Source: an uncultured Candidatus Saccharibacteria bacterium (GTDB lineage: Bacteria > Patescibacteriota > Saccharimonadia > Saccharimonadales > Saccharimonadaceae). From it: DNA of 64,000 bases. Where the stretch lies: assembly GCA_947095985.1 (NCBI GenBank), contig CAMUPZ010000001.1, positions 1,025 to 65,024 of the forward strand. Direction: 5' to 3'. Shown here piece after piece: positions 9,034 through 18,142 of the stretch; position 1 is the stretch's first letter, and the number at the start of each line of letters is the position of its first letter. The notes beneath the pieces are model-generated. The model ran no database searches. It saw only the letters and a list, made by a program, of their open reading frames with translations, and was not told where the DNA came from. Position numbers and translations under genes: made by a program.

Positions 9034-10554
9034 CTACGCTACGGTATCTTCCCCAAAATGTTTCTGTAACCGTATCCTAATCGAGCCTCCGTGACGTCCA
9101 AGTTTTTTACTAAGCTGCTCAATAGTTGCACCTTGTATAAAGTCTTGCTTGAGAATGTTATCGTCGGCTTTTTCCCACGGCATGTATGCTTTCGGGTGGG
9201 TTTCGCGCATTTTGGCAATTTTTTGCTGCCAGCTGCCGGACTGAGACTTCTTGCCAGATTTTTTCGGCGTTGACTGCGCCCGCTTCATGTCCTCCAGTAT
9301 TGGACGATAATGCTTGGCCGCTTCACTACTTGCTCGCCGCAACACCTCGTCAATCGCTAACGCATCTGGCGAAATTTCCAACGCCTTGCGGTTAATGCCG
9401 TAAAGATATAGATTTTCAAGATCACGCACCCGGCTCAAGGCCACATAACCCATACCTTCAACAAAGGCCTTTCTCAGGTCAATTTTTGCCGCGTCAAGCG
9501 TCATGCCCTGGCTTTTATGCACAGTGATAGCCCACGCCAGGCGCAGTGGTACCTGGGAAATACTGGCGCGCCTACGCTCACCGTCACGCAATTCCCACAC
9601 ATCCGGCACCATCGTCACTCGACGACCATTCCGAAACTCAACAACAGGATATTCCGTCAGCGGCTCAAAATCCACCACCGTGCCGATGCTACCATTGGCG
9701 TACAATTTCTGCGGCGAATTTTTCACGGCCATCACCAACGCACCCAACTTCAACACGAGTTCGTTCGGCGCCAGCACCGACCGCTGCAAGTTCTCGACGT
9801 ACACTTTCGAGCCAGTCGTCGTCTGCTGATACCTTCGCTCCTCGCCTACTAGCTCAGCCAATTTCTGACTATTGATGGCGTCAACATCAACATTGACGGT
9901 GTGCAGTTCGGTGATATCACCATCAGGCAGCTCGACTTCAGTCCGCGCCAGCAGCGCCTCGGCATGATGCCGCCTAATATTGTCATTCCTCAGCGCCGTC
10001 AAAATCTCCAGCAGCTGCTCATCATTTTGCCGATATTGCCGCTCCAGGTACAGCACCGCTGGCTGCAATTCCTGCCACGCTTCCGAATACACCACGAAAC
10101 CGCCGCCCTGCTCGCCCGGACGATTGATCGGCGGCAATTGAAAAAAATCACCGCTCATCACTAGCTGCACACCGCCAAACGGCTGGTCGTTTTCCCTGAC
10201 ACCACGCAGCACCCGGTCAACCATGTCCAGCCGAAAATCATGCAGCATGGAAATCTCATCAATCACCAGCACATCAGTCTTGGTAATCACCTCACGCCGC
10301 GTTTTTGACAGCCGATCAAAAAAATTGTTCGCAAGGTGATCGCTGACGCCAATACCGCTCCAACTGTGAATGGTATTGCCGCCTAAATGCGTGGCCGCCA
10401 AGCCCGTTGTCGCTGTTACCGACACCTTTTTACCCTGGTCACGCGCCTGTGCAATAAATGTATTCAACAGGTGCGTTTTGCCGGTGCCAGCCGCACCCGT
10501 CAGCAGCGCTGACCGACCGCTCATCAAAATCGCCAGCGCCAATTCTTGATCCAT
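9034..10554 (-). CDS. PIF1-family (SF1B) DNA helicase with C-terminal HTH
   Basis: GAAGTGKT, TIHSWSGIG, IDEISML, GDFFQLPP, AWAITVHKSQGMTL and YVALSR motifs. Confidence 0.92.
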   Translation of the reverse strand: MDQELALAILMSGRSALLTGAAGTGKTHLLNTFIAQARDQGKKVSVTATTGLAATHLGGNTIHSWSGIGVSDHLANNFFDRLSKTRREVITKTDVLVIDEISMLHDFRLDMVDRVLRGVRENDQPFGGVQLVMSGDFFQLPPINRPGEQGGGFVVYSEAWQELQPAVLYLERQYRQNDEQLLEILTALRNDNIRRHHAEALLARTEVELPDGDITELHTVNVDVDAINSQKLAELVGEERRYQQTTTGSKVYVENLQRSVLAPNELVLKLGALVMAVKNSPQKLYANGSIGTVVDFEPLTEYPVVEFRNGRRVTMVPDVWELRDGERRRASISQVPLRLAWAITVHKSQGMTLDAAKIDLRKAFVEGMGYVALSRVRDLENLYLYGINRKALEISPDALAIDEVLRRASSEAAKHYRPILEDMKRAQSTPKKSGKKSQSGSWQQKIAKMRETHPKAYMPWEKADDNILKQDFIQGATIEQLSKKLGRHGGSIRIRLQKHFGEDTVA

Positions 10555-10556
10555 AC

Positions 10557-11534
10557 TTAACCTCGCGGCGGTTCGCCCTCAGGCTCACCCAGCAGTTTTT
10601 TCGACTTAATTTCGTAGCGCTTGCCAGTAATTTTGCTCTCAATGTAATCCTCATTGATCAAGTTCACAAACATATCCAGATCATTGCCGTCCATAATGAT
10701 AATCGCACCGTTATCATCGCTCATCAGCTCTAGTTGCATCTCGTCAGCATAGTCCAGCACCTGCTCTTGCCTGACCTCGCCGATCTCCAATTTCTGTAGT
10801 TTATTGATGGTCTTTTTGCGTTCCTTGACCAGCGCATTCAGGTCCAAGCCCTCCGGGAAACTCAGTTTATATTGCTTTTCAATTTCCGCCATTTTCTTAT
10901 CAGCAATCACCTGCTTCTTATATTCATAGCCAAACATCCGCTCAAATTTCGAAGGATTAAAGGCAAATATATCCTGACCGATGATCAGCACCTGGTTATC
11001 ATCTGGCACCTTAAAGCCAACTTCCGCCTTAAACGCACCAAACTTGCCGTCAGAAAACTCCCACGCCAGCGCGCTTTTGAGCGTCTGCCCCTGCTGAATT
11101 AACTTAACCGTATAAAAGATTTTTTCTGGATCATTCGGATCAGTAAACCGCGCTATCACGCCTTTCATTCGCTTAAACTCATGCTCAGTTTCCGAAAACT
11201 CCACAATGTCGCCGCGCTCATGCTCAATCAAATGAATTAGAGTTTCCGCCCGGCCAACCTTGGCGAGATCCGTCCGCAGCAATACGTTGTCTTCGGATTC
11301 GCTCAGTTCATAATCCCGCACACTAAGGCCAGTGCCCGCCCCCAAATTAACTTGATTGATATAATCAAACAAAAATAGCGGCCGGAGCTGCTGCTCGACA
11401 TCACCCTTCAAGGGCATAAAATACGGCGTGTAATTTTTATTAAACAAGAACAACTCTATCTGTAAATCGTTCTTTTTCGCATCAGTTTGATTCGCCCACA
11501 AAAAAATATCAGTCGTTTCCCTCACTTCTTCCAT
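10557..11534 (-). CDS. DUF4868 / Kiwa KwaB-like protein
   Basis: FERMFGY segment and C-terminal FVNLINEDYIESKITGKRYE resemble the KwaB/DUF4868 pattern; acidic, 325 aa. Confidence 0.65.
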   Translation of the reverse strand: MEEVRETTDIFLWANQTDAKKNDLQIELFLFNKNYTPYFMPLKGDVEQQLRPLFLFDYINQVNLGAGTGLSVRDYELSESEDNVLLRTDLAKVGRAETLIHLIEHERGDIVEFSETEHEFKRMKGVIARFTDPNDPEKIFYTVKLIQQGQTLKSALAWEFSDGKFGAFKAEVGFKVPDDNQVLIIGQDIFAFNPSKFERMFGYEYKKQVIADKKMAEIEKQYKLSFPEGLDLNALVKERKKTINKLQKLEIGEVRQEQVLDYADEMQLELMSDDNGAIIIMDGNDLDMFVNLINEDYIESKITGKRYEIKSKKLLGEPEGEPPRG

Positions 11535-11573
11535 TTTCCTAGTATAGCAATTTTTATCAGATGTCGCTAGCTG

Positions 11574-11999
11574 TTATTTTGTCAATCTTTCGCCTTCACG
11601 CGCTCGGTTGGCCCACTCATCAGCCAGCTCATTCCCCTCGTCGCCCTCATGGCCGCGCACCCAGCGGAGCTCCGCCTGCGAATTTGAATATAGCTCATAC
11701 AGTTCTTGGACAATATCCAGATTTTTAATCTCGCCACCCTTTTTCGTCCAGCCGCGCTTTTCCCAGCCCGGCGCCCACTTGGTAACAACATTAATCCAAA
11801 ACTCGCTGTCAGTATAAATCACGCACGGCGCGCCATTAGCATCCTTCAGTGCCGCAATTAGAGCCTTACCCTCCATGCGAATATTAGTAGTATCGCCGTC
11901 CTCTGACCCCAAAATATAAGGCTGAAGATCACGAATAACCGCAAACCCGCCTGGACCGGGATTTGGCGAAGCAGAACCATCAGTATAATACGTCGTCAT
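11574..11999 (-). CDS. rnhA: Ribonuclease HI
   Basis: YTDGS-NPGPGG, TTNIRME, YTDS, WVRGH and GNELAD motifs. Confidence 0.96.
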   Translation of the reverse strand: MTTYYTDGSASPNPGPGGFAVIRDLQPYILGSEDGDTTNIRMEGKALIAALKDANGAPCVIYTDSEFWINVVTKWAPGWEKRGWTKKGGEIKNLDIVQELYELYSNSQAELRWVRGHEGDEGNELADEWANRAREGERLTK

Positions 12000-12016
12000 T
12001 ATCCCTATTATAACAC

Positions 12017-13702
12017 TTACTGTACTCGCTTACGGTAGAGTATATTTGGCGCAAACATGACTGAATATACACCACGGATGATAGCCGTCAATGCAGTTTT
12101 ACCCATTGCCCTTGAGATTGGGTTGCCCTCACCGTATTCCATATGCTTCACGCGCTTGTGTAGCTTCTGCAGCCAACGCAACGAATCATTGCCGTTGTTC
12201 TTATACACTGCGTGGCTTGTAACGTCTGTTCTTGCTAATTTTCGGTCAAGGTCAGTCATGATCTGCACTTCTACTGGCAACCCCTCAGGACCAACGAGCG
12301 CCGAGGCCCTCGAGACACGGTAGGGTGTTTCTTCATCCCTCAGTTCCTGATTTACGACTGCTTTATTTGCCGAGGACAAAGCACCATGAACCGTGTTGAC
12401 GTATGTCGAGTCGCCTTGTACATAAATCGGCTGGCTAACACCATCACCTGAGCGTAACAGCAGATTGTCATTGGCAGTTATGGTGTCCACGAATGATGAA
12501 AATACCTTGGCAAGGTCTTCTGTCTGCGATGCGTGAATGTCTGCAATCTCCTCATCCCGCATCTCATAGTGATGATTTCTATCAAACGTATCGTCACCCG
12601 CGTTGCAAATCACAAGAAAGGCAAACGCGTCCATGATATCATACCCCTCACCCTTCACCGACATTTTCTTTGCGGTTGAGCCGATGGATTTTTGTCGGAA
12701 TAAAACTCGACGCGACGCACCAGCTATAGGTATCGTCAACTCAGCAAAACGGCAATTAACACCGCTATACACTTCATCTGATGTTTCATTAACGATCCAA
12801 CTCACTTCTGGCTTTTCAGACAAACCAAACATCTGCATCGCCAATTCTGCTGGGTCTTTTTCGGCATTCGTACGATACGCTTCAACGGCTTTGTCGATGA
12901 TGTCTTCGCGCCCTTGCCCACGCAATCGATAGATGTTACAGGTGCTGGCCATTTCTGCAGCCATCGCGTCATAACCAATCGCTTCCAAAAATGGACAATA
13001 AAATGATTCTGCTTCAAGAATATTGCGCAGCTGCTGTGAATCCTGCTTGGGCGGATTCTTGAGATTGTCCATCATTTCTGCTACTTTGATGACCAGAGAT
13101 TCAATGTTCACCTCTCCTGCCAATTTTTCCAGCGCAGTACCGCGGATCTCCGGCATACCCATACGCCAACCAGCCACGTTCACCATGCCTTCATATGATG
13201 AATCCATGATTTGTTCTTTGTCGTGTGCACTTATCCCATTTGACTGATGCTTGATAGCCTCTCGGTAATCACGAGCTTCCATACCGATAACCACCTGGTC
13301 GTGCATATAGTCAATGACTGATTTGTCTGAGTCCTCAAGCTGAGCGATATATTCTTTCCAGCCTTCTTGCACACGGTCCGACAGTTTCGCCCTCTCATCA
13401 GTCTCGCGGTGTAACGTACGCCCAGGAATATCGTGCAACAACATAGCATCAGCCATCGCGCGACGCCTTTCAGGGTCAAGTGTCTTGCAAAATGTTGAAA
13501 GTATCTTCAAAGAGCGATACGCGTGACCGATCGCATCTCCCTTCTCTCTGTCAACATCCGCTTCGAGCACGCCAACAAGCTTCTGTGCTTCAGGGCTCGG
13601 ATACCAACTCTCAGGAATATCATGTTTCAGCAGGTCCAGATGCGCAGCATCCGTCTGCCTTTCCTGTGTTGAAGTCGACGCACTTGAATTTTGTTCGCGC
13701 AT
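12017..13702 (-). CDS. Divergent RelA/SpoT-like protein (HD-like + synthetase-like, no TGS/ACT)
   Basis: LLHD, IKVAEMMDNL, EAESFYCPF, FRQKSIGSTAKKM, DIMDAFAF and EVQIMT...SHAVYK are collinear with RSH N-terminal motifs. Confidence 0.65.
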   Translation of the reverse strand: MREQNSSASTSTQERQTDAAHLDLLKHDIPESWYPSPEAQKLVGVLEADVDREKGDAIGHAYRSLKILSTFCKTLDPERRRAMADAMLLHDIPGRTLHRETDERAKLSDRVQEGWKEYIAQLEDSDKSVIDYMHDQVVIGMEARDYREAIKHQSNGISAHDKEQIMDSSYEGMVNVAGWRMGMPEIRGTALEKLAGEVNIESLVIKVAEMMDNLKNPPKQDSQQLRNILEAESFYCPFLEAIGYDAMAAEMASTCNIYRLRGQGREDIIDKAVEAYRTNAEKDPAELAMQMFGLSEKPEVSWIVNETSDEVYSGVNCRFAELTIPIAGASRRVLFRQKSIGSTAKKMSVKGEGYDIMDAFAFLVICNAGDDTFDRNHHYEMRDEEIADIHASQTEDLAKVFSSFVDTITANDNLLLRSGDGVSQPIYVQGDSTYVNTVHGALSSANKAVVNQELRDEETPYRVSRASALVGPEGLPVEVQIMTDLDRKLARTDVTSHAVYKNNGNDSLRWLQKLHKRVKHMEYGEGNPISRAMGKTALTAIIRGVYSVMFAPNILYRKRVQ

Positions 13703-13748
13703 AACCTGCTTATTATAACACACAAAGCTTTAAAAATCAATAGTAAGC

Positions 13749-14768
13749 TTAGGCAAAATAAATCCGCATCAGCTCGCGTGCCACCCTGTCGGCATCATGG
13801 CGAATTAGGCTACGTTGAGCTGCCAGCGGGTCGCTGCCGGAATTTTTATTCACCCAAGCAGTATCAGCAATCAAGCGCTTGCCCGAGGCATAATAATGCT
13901 TCTTTTTCAACAAATCCTTATCCCACTCCACTAAATATTCACCGTCATGAGCATATTTTTTAATCAAATCTTCTGGCGGACGATGATCGTTATATAACAC
14001 ATAGTCCATATTCACTCCTGAAAATCGCTCAATTTCATCCGCAAAATCCGCCACGGTAAAACCATCAGTCTGTGTTGGCTTAGTCACTAAATTACAAACA
14101 TAGACCTTCTTCGCCTTCGTCTCCGCCAGCGCCCTAGTTACTCCGCGCACCAGCAACGCTGGAGCCAAGCTACCATACAGCAGCCCCGGCGCAATCACCA
14201 CCAAATCAGCATCTAAAATCGCCTGACGCGCCCTTGGGTTAATGCCGGCTGGCGGCTTCAATTCCAGCCACGGACGCTCACCGCGCGGGATTTGCAATGA
14301 CTCAGCCGCGTGCTGTCCGTTAACAATTGTGCCGTCTTTTAGCTTAATCGACATCGTCGTATCATCCAGAGTAATCGGATATACTCGCCCGTTTACACCC
14401 AGAACTTCACTCGCCAGCTCCACTGCCTCGGCAAAACTCCCTGTCATTTTCTCCAGAGCTGCCATGAACAAGTTGCCAAATGCATGTCCCTTCATACTGC
14501 CTTCGTCAAATCGATAATTAAACAAGTCGCGTACCTTTGGCGAAGTACTCAGCGCCACCAAGCACTGTCGAACGTCGCCCGCAGGCAAAACACCCAGTTC
14601 ATCACGTAACGCTCCGGTTGAGCCGCCATCGTCAACCATGTTAACTAGCGCCGTAATACTATGCGTATATTTTTTTAACCCAGAAAGCAGCGTAAAGCTT
14701 CCTGTTCCACCGCCAATAACTACAACTTTTACCCCAAAATAATCGCTATTCGAACTACTAGTCATCAT
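13749..14768 (-). CDS. yvcK: YvcK/GlmR (CofD-related) UDP-GlcNAc-binding protein
   Basis: GGGTG, DDGGSTG.LR, GDVRQCL, GHAFGN, PGLLYGS and RHD motifs. Confidence 0.9.
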   Translation of the reverse strand: MMTSSSNSDYFGVKVVVIGGGTGSFTLLSGLKKYTHSITALVNMVDDGGSTGALRDELGVLPAGDVRQCLVALSTSPKVRDLFNYRFDEGSMKGHAFGNLFMAALEKMTGSFAEAVELASEVLGVNGRVYPITLDDTTMSIKLKDGTIVNGQHAAESLQIPRGERPWLELKPPAGINPRARQAILDADLVVIAPGLLYGSLAPALLVRGVTRALAETKAKKVYVCNLVTKPTQTDGFTVADFADEIERFSGVNMDYVLYNDHRPPEDLIKKYAHDGEYLVEWDKDLLKKKHYYASGKRLIADTAWVNKNSGSDPLAAQRSLIRHDADRVARELMRIYFA

Positions 14769-14795
14769 GACTTGAATTATAACACCTTGATGCAA

Positions 14796-15464
14796 TTACA
14801 CCAATGTACCTTTTGGTAATGCCCATTCTAAAAATGGCTGCTGCTGACAATTGACAGCATTAATTATATGTGTAGCAATTTTAGCTGGGTCATTGAAGAA
14901 TACATAATCAGTCGGTAAATCCCGACCGTTCCAAAACGGCGTTTTCATAGCACCCGGTAGAAATAGCGCAACTTTTACTGGTAATTTCTGTTCATCCGCC
15001 TGCATTCCCAAACTGCGCGCCAGCCCCGCCTGAGCGTGTTTGGTGGCCACATATACAGCCTCATCAGAGCGCGCCTTAATGCTGCTGGTTGACCCAATAA
15101 CCGTTAAAACTGATTTACGATTCTGAACCAGCATCTTACGCCAAGCCCATTGCACCAGAGGTAAAGCGCCAGAAAAATTCACCTCCGCCATGGAGCGAGC
15201 GTCTGGCTGATCTTCAAAATTTCCGCGCCAGCCATAACCTGCCGCCCAGACAAATTGCTCAATATCATCACCATTTAAAATCTGCTCAATTCGCGAAAAA
15301 GACGCCTCCACTTGATCTGCATAATAAACGTCCAGAGGAAAACCTTCACCATGTTTTTGCGAGTCGTGAGTTTTGCCTAACACCAATACTCGCTCGCCAC
15401 GTTTACGCAATTGCTTAGCCATCTCCAGACCAAGCCCGCTCGTCCCACCAAGAATAATATGCAT
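14796..15464 (-). CDS. Short-chain dehydrogenase/reductase
   Basis: GGTSGLG Rossmann motif, YxxxK (YVATK), PGAMKT. Confidence 0.9.
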   Translation of the reverse strand: MHIILGGTSGLGLEMAKQLRKRGERVLVLGKTHDSQKHGEGFPLDVYYADQVEASFSRIEQILNGDDIEQFVWAAGYGWRGNFEDQPDARSMAEVNFSGALPLVQWAWRKMLVQNRKSVLTVIGSTSSIKARSDEAVYVATKHAQAGLARSLGMQADEQKLPVKVALFLPGAMKTPFWNGRDLPTDYVFFNDPAKIATHIINAVNCQQQPFLEWALPKGTLV

Positions 15465-15488
15465 ATGGTTATTATAACAACGACAATG

Positions 15489-15977
15489 TTAAATGTAAAT
15501 TAATCCTCTGAATCTTGGCCAGGCTTCTTCCAATTCTTCGGCCGAAAATTCCATAGTAGAATCAAGTTTTGGTAAAGGAATTTCTAGGCAAAGTCCGACA
15601 GCAACAGCGGCTACTCGCCTCATAAAATACTCAGCTTTATTTGAAGAGAAGTAGGTATCGCCCCCCCTAAATCTCCCCTTTAATCCCCCAGCAGAAGATA
15701 TACCAAGCTCATCCCGCCAACTGCGCAACTCAGTCCTATCATAAGGGAATTCATATGGCGATTCTATAGACGTGGATCGACTAGCAAGATGCTTCTCAGC
15801 CAACGCTTTGTGTCCCATACATTTACCACTACGACTAGCCAATAATATACGCATATCAAAAACATCGTCCCTGATTTTTAAATCCGTCAATAGAGTAAAA
15901 AGTGAATTATTATCAACCTCACCATTAATAAGACTATCAATTTCAACTCTGGCACCGTAATTCTTAGATTTTTTCAT
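15489..15977 (-). CDS. Hypothetical protein
   Basis: 162-aa ORF co-oriented with its neighbours; no recognisable motif. Confidence 0.6.
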   Translation of the reverse strand: MKKSKNYGARVEIDSLINGEVDNNSLFTLLTDLKIRDDVFDMRILLASRSGKCMGHKALAEKHLASRSTSIESPYEFPYDRTELRSWRDELGISSAGGLKGRFRGGDTYFSSNKAEYFMRRVAAVAVGLCLEIPLPKLDSTMEFSAEELEEAWPRFRGLIYI

Positions 15978-15998
15978 ATATTAAACCTTAGAGATATG

Positions 15999-16580
15999 CT
16001 ACGGTCCTGTAACTACCCTCTTAATATCTCCCCATTCTCTGCCAAAATCTACATTGCCATGAAAACAAGAAACCAACTTGTCTACTTCACCCGAGGGAAA
16101 ATGCTTAGTGGGAGACTTCCTGAGTTTTTCTAATGATAATCCCGAACAATGCAAAGCTACAACCCCAACACGCAGGGCGACTCTAACAACCTCCAAACTC
16201 TGATTATTTTCAAGAGAATCAGGAACAAAAAGCTTGGTTGGTATCAATCTATAAATTCCGCTGCGTAACATAGGATCAGCCAACAGCCAACCACTCACCT
16301 CCACATTCTTGTCTTCGATACCCAGACATTCTGAAATAGATACTCGCGCCTCAGTCTCACCAACTCCACGGACCTTCTCTATCAAATTGCCGTGACTACG
16401 GACATCACCCGCCCTCCTGGCAAACGTCATAGACGCATTTACAGTACCGTCATCCCCCAAAGACCAATCGCCATCATAAACTCCTATCAAACGCCAACTT
16501 CCAACAGAATAATTTCCCTTATTATCGCCGGAATCAATAAAATTAACCTTAAAAGATACGCCACCTTTAAGACTTTCCAT
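15999..16580 (-). CDS. Hypothetical protein
   Basis: 193-aa ORF preceded by TTGACT-N17-TAGAAT with the ATG 7 nt downstream. Confidence 0.65.
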   Translation of the reverse strand: MESLKGGVSFKVNFIDSGDNKGNYSVGSWRLIGVYDGDWSLGDDGTVNASMTFARRAGDVRSHGNLIEKVRGVGETEARVSISECLGIEDKNVEVSGWLLADPMLRSGIYRLIPTKLFVPDSLENNQSLEVVRVALRVGVVALHCSGLSLEKLRKSPTKHFPSGEVDKLVSCFHGNVDFGREWGDIKRVVTGP

Positions 16581-16630
16581 GATTTATATTCTATACTATT
16601 ATATTATAAAAGTCAATGCTACTCTACTGG

Positions 16631-17113
16631 CTAACTCTTTAAGCTACATAGCTCCTGCCATTTCATATGCGCCCCATAGGCTCGAGCTGGCGCATCCACT
16701 TCACTTTTCTGAAGCAATAGCTCCTCAGGATCGATAAACATCACTTCGTCACCCTCTTCACCCGGCGCAAAGTCAAAATTCTCCGGCCAGACACGACAAT
16801 AAAAACAGATTTGATTAGCGTCAATCCGCTCAATATACATCTCGTCCGACGCATCAAAAAGCTGATAGCGCAAATCGCCTTTATAGCCAACTTCTTCGTA
16901 CAACTCGCGTTTCAGCGATGATTCAAAATCCTCATCATAATCCATGCCTCCGCCCGGCAAATCCCAATACGTCCGATTGATTTCCTTAACAACCAAAATC
17001 TGCCCAGCGTCGTTATAGATGAGAGCTTTGAGCGAGATACGGTATAGGTAATCATGGCGAGTCACTCCGACTGAATCTTGCGTTACGAGATGCCCGTTGG
17101 TGAGTTTTGTCAT
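16631..17113 (-). CDS. NUDIX hydrolase
   Basis: Nudix box LPGGGMDYDEDFESSLKRELYEEVG. Confidence 0.92.
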   Translation of the reverse strand: MTKLTNGHLVTQDSVGVTRHDYLYRISLKALIYNDAGQILVVKEINRTYWDLPGGGMDYDEDFESSLKRELYEEVGYKGDLRYQLFDASDEMYIERIDANQICFYCRVWPENFDFAPGEEGDEVMFIDPEELLLQKSEVDAPARAYGAHMKWQELCSLKS

Positions 17114-17121
17114 AGGGACAA

Positions 17122-17811
17122 TTATAACACTTTTAGTCTAAACCCAGCGTAAGTACCATCGTGCTTATATGCCTCCTCGCCAAGGAACGCCGGGATAGTT
17201 TGCAACGTATCGTTATAGACAAAGTTTTTAAGACCGACTGTATCTTTTTCTTCCTCGGGTAAGATCTTCCCCGTCATTTTATAAAAAGTTCGCTCTTGGT
17301 CAACCGCCTCCTCGTCCAAATATCTTGCTATGTCGGTGCATATCTGCTCGTACAGATCATCGTTCAGATGCGAATTTGGCACTTCATAAGCCACGAAATT
17401 CGACACCACCGTCGTGATATCATTTAATGGCGAGACCACTAAATTATCTTTTATGGCACTAGCATTGATAAATCTCTGCACTACTTCATTATCTTTATCT
17501 GCCGTTATCAAAATATCTGGCTGTTCGGTAGTGGTCGTATGAAAATCCAATACCAACTCCGGCTTCAGTAACCGAATCCGCTCCTCAATAATCTTCGCAC
17601 GCCGACCCTCATAAGTATCTAGACTAAGCCCATAACTCCTATTTAGGTCCGATTCGGTATACCGCACATTCTTTGCGTAAGCGCGCGGATTAGCTATGAT
17701 GAACTCTATATTTTCCAACAATTTAGACCGCTTGGCGAGCATATACGCCAGCACATTTGGACCTAATAATTCATTACCGTGGGTGGAAATTATTGCGAGT
17801 ATTTTTGTCAT
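17122..17811 (-). CDS. Succinylglutamate desuccinylase/aspartoacylase-family (M14-like) protein
   Basis: HGNE, NPRA, DLNR and LDFH motifs. Confidence 0.88.
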   Translation of the reverse strand: MTKILAIISTHGNELLGPNVLAYMLAKRSKLLENIEFIIANPRAYAKNVRYTESDLNRSYGLSLDTYEGRRAKIIEERIRLLKPELVLDFHTTTTEQPDILITADKDNEVVQRFINASAIKDNLVVSPLNDITTVVSNFVAYEVPNSHLNDDLYEQICTDIARYLDEEAVDQERTFYKMTGKILPEEEKDTVGLKNFVYNDTLQTIPAFLGEEAYKHDGTYAGFRLKVL

Positions 17812-17946
17812 ATAGCTATTATTCTATGCTGTAAAAACAAATCTGCCAACAATATATGCGCTATTTATTGTATATTATTATAGCTTTATACAAAAAATTT
17901 TGACCATCAACATATACCCTCTTCATACACCTTATTATACCAAAAA

Positions 17947-17974
17947 CCTCGACGGGGACGAACCCAAGTCGAGG
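17947..17974 (-). terminator. Intrinsic terminator
   Basis: CCTCGAC...GTCGAGG stem followed by TTTTT on the minus strand. Confidence 0.65.
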
Positions 17975-18016
17975 TGCTGTGCTTATTATATTAGCAGAGA
18001 TCTCGCGCTTCAGCGA

Positions 18017-18142
18017 TTATTCAACAGTCTCGTCATAATCCATACCGCCGCCTGGCAAATCCCAATACGTCCGCCCAACCTCTTTGACAATCAAAATCTG
18101 CCCAACGTCTTTGTAAATTAGCGCTTTGAGCGAGATATTCAT
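18017..18142 (-). pseudogene. Truncated duplicate of the NUDIX gene (41 aa)
   Basis: Translates MNISLKALIYKDVGQILIVKEVGRTYWDLPGGGMDYDETVE* then SLKRE, versus ISLKALIYNDAGQILVVKEINRTYWDLPGGGMDYDEDFESSLKRE in the intact gene; the stop falls inside the Nudix box. Confidence 0.85.

Noticed and set aside
15661..15667. G7 homopolymer in an orphan ORF
   Set aside because: Too short to argue for phase variation
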